From the NCBI GenBank assembly GCA_965113315.1, contig OZ220377.1: a stretch of 64,000 nt of DNA, one strand, 5' to 3'. Position 1 is the first letter of the stretch. Each line of letters begins with the position of its first letter. A model generated the notes under the pieces. The model made no database searches and was not told where the DNA came from. It saw nothing but the letters and a program-made list of their open reading frames with translations. This DNA is from Podarcis vaucheri. Lineage: Eukaryota. Shown piece after piece: positions 62,771-64,000 of the stretch. A program made the translations under genes and the position numbers.

Positions 62771-64000
62771 TGGGATAGATCGCAGTGTTATTTGGTGCAT
62801 AATAAGGAAGAGGCGCCTCTGGTGTTGGGCAAACAGGTTTGTAGGCTTATTTCGTTTATTTTTAAATGAATGCACCCCCCGCAACAAGAGCCTCCCTCTA
62901 ACCTGGCGTGTTTTAGTTTCGTTTTTTAAAACAAGGATGGCTAAGATGTACTTAAAAGAAAAGAAAAATACAGGAAAGGGGAGCGTTTTCCAGCCCGAGG
63001 GCCGCATTCCCTCATGTTGGCGGGGGCGGGCCAGGACAATGGTGGGTGTGGCTAGGGGCAAAAGGGGGTGGGGTGTTGGATGTGACTGCATTTCAGCGAA
63101 GCAAAGTTCTCTACGCACAGACCTCTCCATCGTTCATTCTCCATCCAGGCAAGAAAGAGACATACCGTAAGCACCTTTAAGCGACAAATCCCAGTCGGGC
63201 AAAAGCGCCAAAGGAGGGTATGAAGCGTGGCTGGTGGGGGCGTGGCCTACAGAAAAGGGGGCGTGGCCTAAGGAGCATCCGGAAGGCTGTACTGTACAGT
63301 GGTACCTCGGGTTACAGACGCTTGAGGTTACAGACTCAGCTAACCCAGAAATATTACCTCGGGTTAAGAACTTTGCTTCAGGATGAGAACAGAAATCGTG
63401 CAGGAGGCCCCATTAGCTAAAGTGGTGCTTCAGGTTAAGAACAGTTTCAGGTTAAGTGCTTAACCTGAGGTACCACTGTACTTGGCCCTGGGCCTAAAGT
63501 TCCCCATTCATCCTCTTATCACCCAGGGTTGCCATATTTCAGAAAGGACCCGATCCTTTATAACTGCTGTTCTTCTAATCCCTGAAAAGGAGATGGTTGT
63601 GATATCTCCCTTCTTAGGGCTAGGGTGGAGATGGCCTGAGTTAATATTTAAAACTGTTGAGGTGGATGGCGAAGGCGGGTAAGCTGTCAAGTTCGATTTG
63701 GATCTCGAAACCACCTACAGATCTTGCAAAATGTGGATTAGAAGGCAATGGGGAGTGGAAAGGCTGCCTGCTGTGCCAGAGATCATAGAGTGTAGCCTAG
63801 AAAAGGGAATGCTGGAATATAAAACTCTATGCTTCGGGAGGACTGAACGATGGGCACAGGTCTTGCTATCCAAACACTCGCTGTACAAAAATTCACTTAT
63901 CCAAATCAGTACCCAAACACACTGCAGCTTCAGATATCCAAACAGCCTGCATATATAGTGCCTTATTTTTTGTGTTGTTGGTCCATGGCAGTCATTTCAC

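Noticed and set aside
61733-63130. 465-aa minus-strand ORF and overlapping 264-aa plus-strand ORF
   Set aside because: Span the TLCD3A CpG island out of frame with the real exon; no domain resemblance

Overview
Vertebrate genomic DNA, almost certainly from a squamate (probably lacertid) lizard, judged by Sauria SINEs, RTE-BovB, CR1, L2 with (TAA)n tails, and abundant Tc1/mariner and hAT MITEs. The window is the syntenic equivalent of human 17p13.3: last three coding exons of NXN (+); complete MRM3/RNMTL1 (-, 4 exons, 432 aa, GC-AG first intron); a short bidirectional CpG promoter; complete GLOD4 (+, 9 exons, 298 aa); GEMIN4 (+, 10-nt coding exon 1 plus a 3167-nt exon 2, 1058 aa); complete TLCD3A/FAM57A (-, 5 exons, 262 aa). 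All exon boundaries were read by eye and phases and lengths close correctly. The main unexpected feature is an intact, intronless 77-aa ACBP/DBI-family ORF (34810-35043, -) at the position of mammalian DBIL5/human DBIL5P. It keeps its frame, Kozak context and a poly(A) signal but has lost every aromatic residue, and it has a MITE carrying CRE and NRF1 palindromes just upstream. Other points of interest: a 53-bp-arm palindrome in the MRM3/GLOD4 promoter, a possible in-frame N-terminal extension of GEMIN4, a 9-copy CGTTCC cluster upstream of TLCD3A, a fold-back BovB insertion, an OC1-like hAT MITE, and candidate developmental enhancers in NXN introns. Gene and repeat-family names come from recall of homologous sequences, not from database searches.
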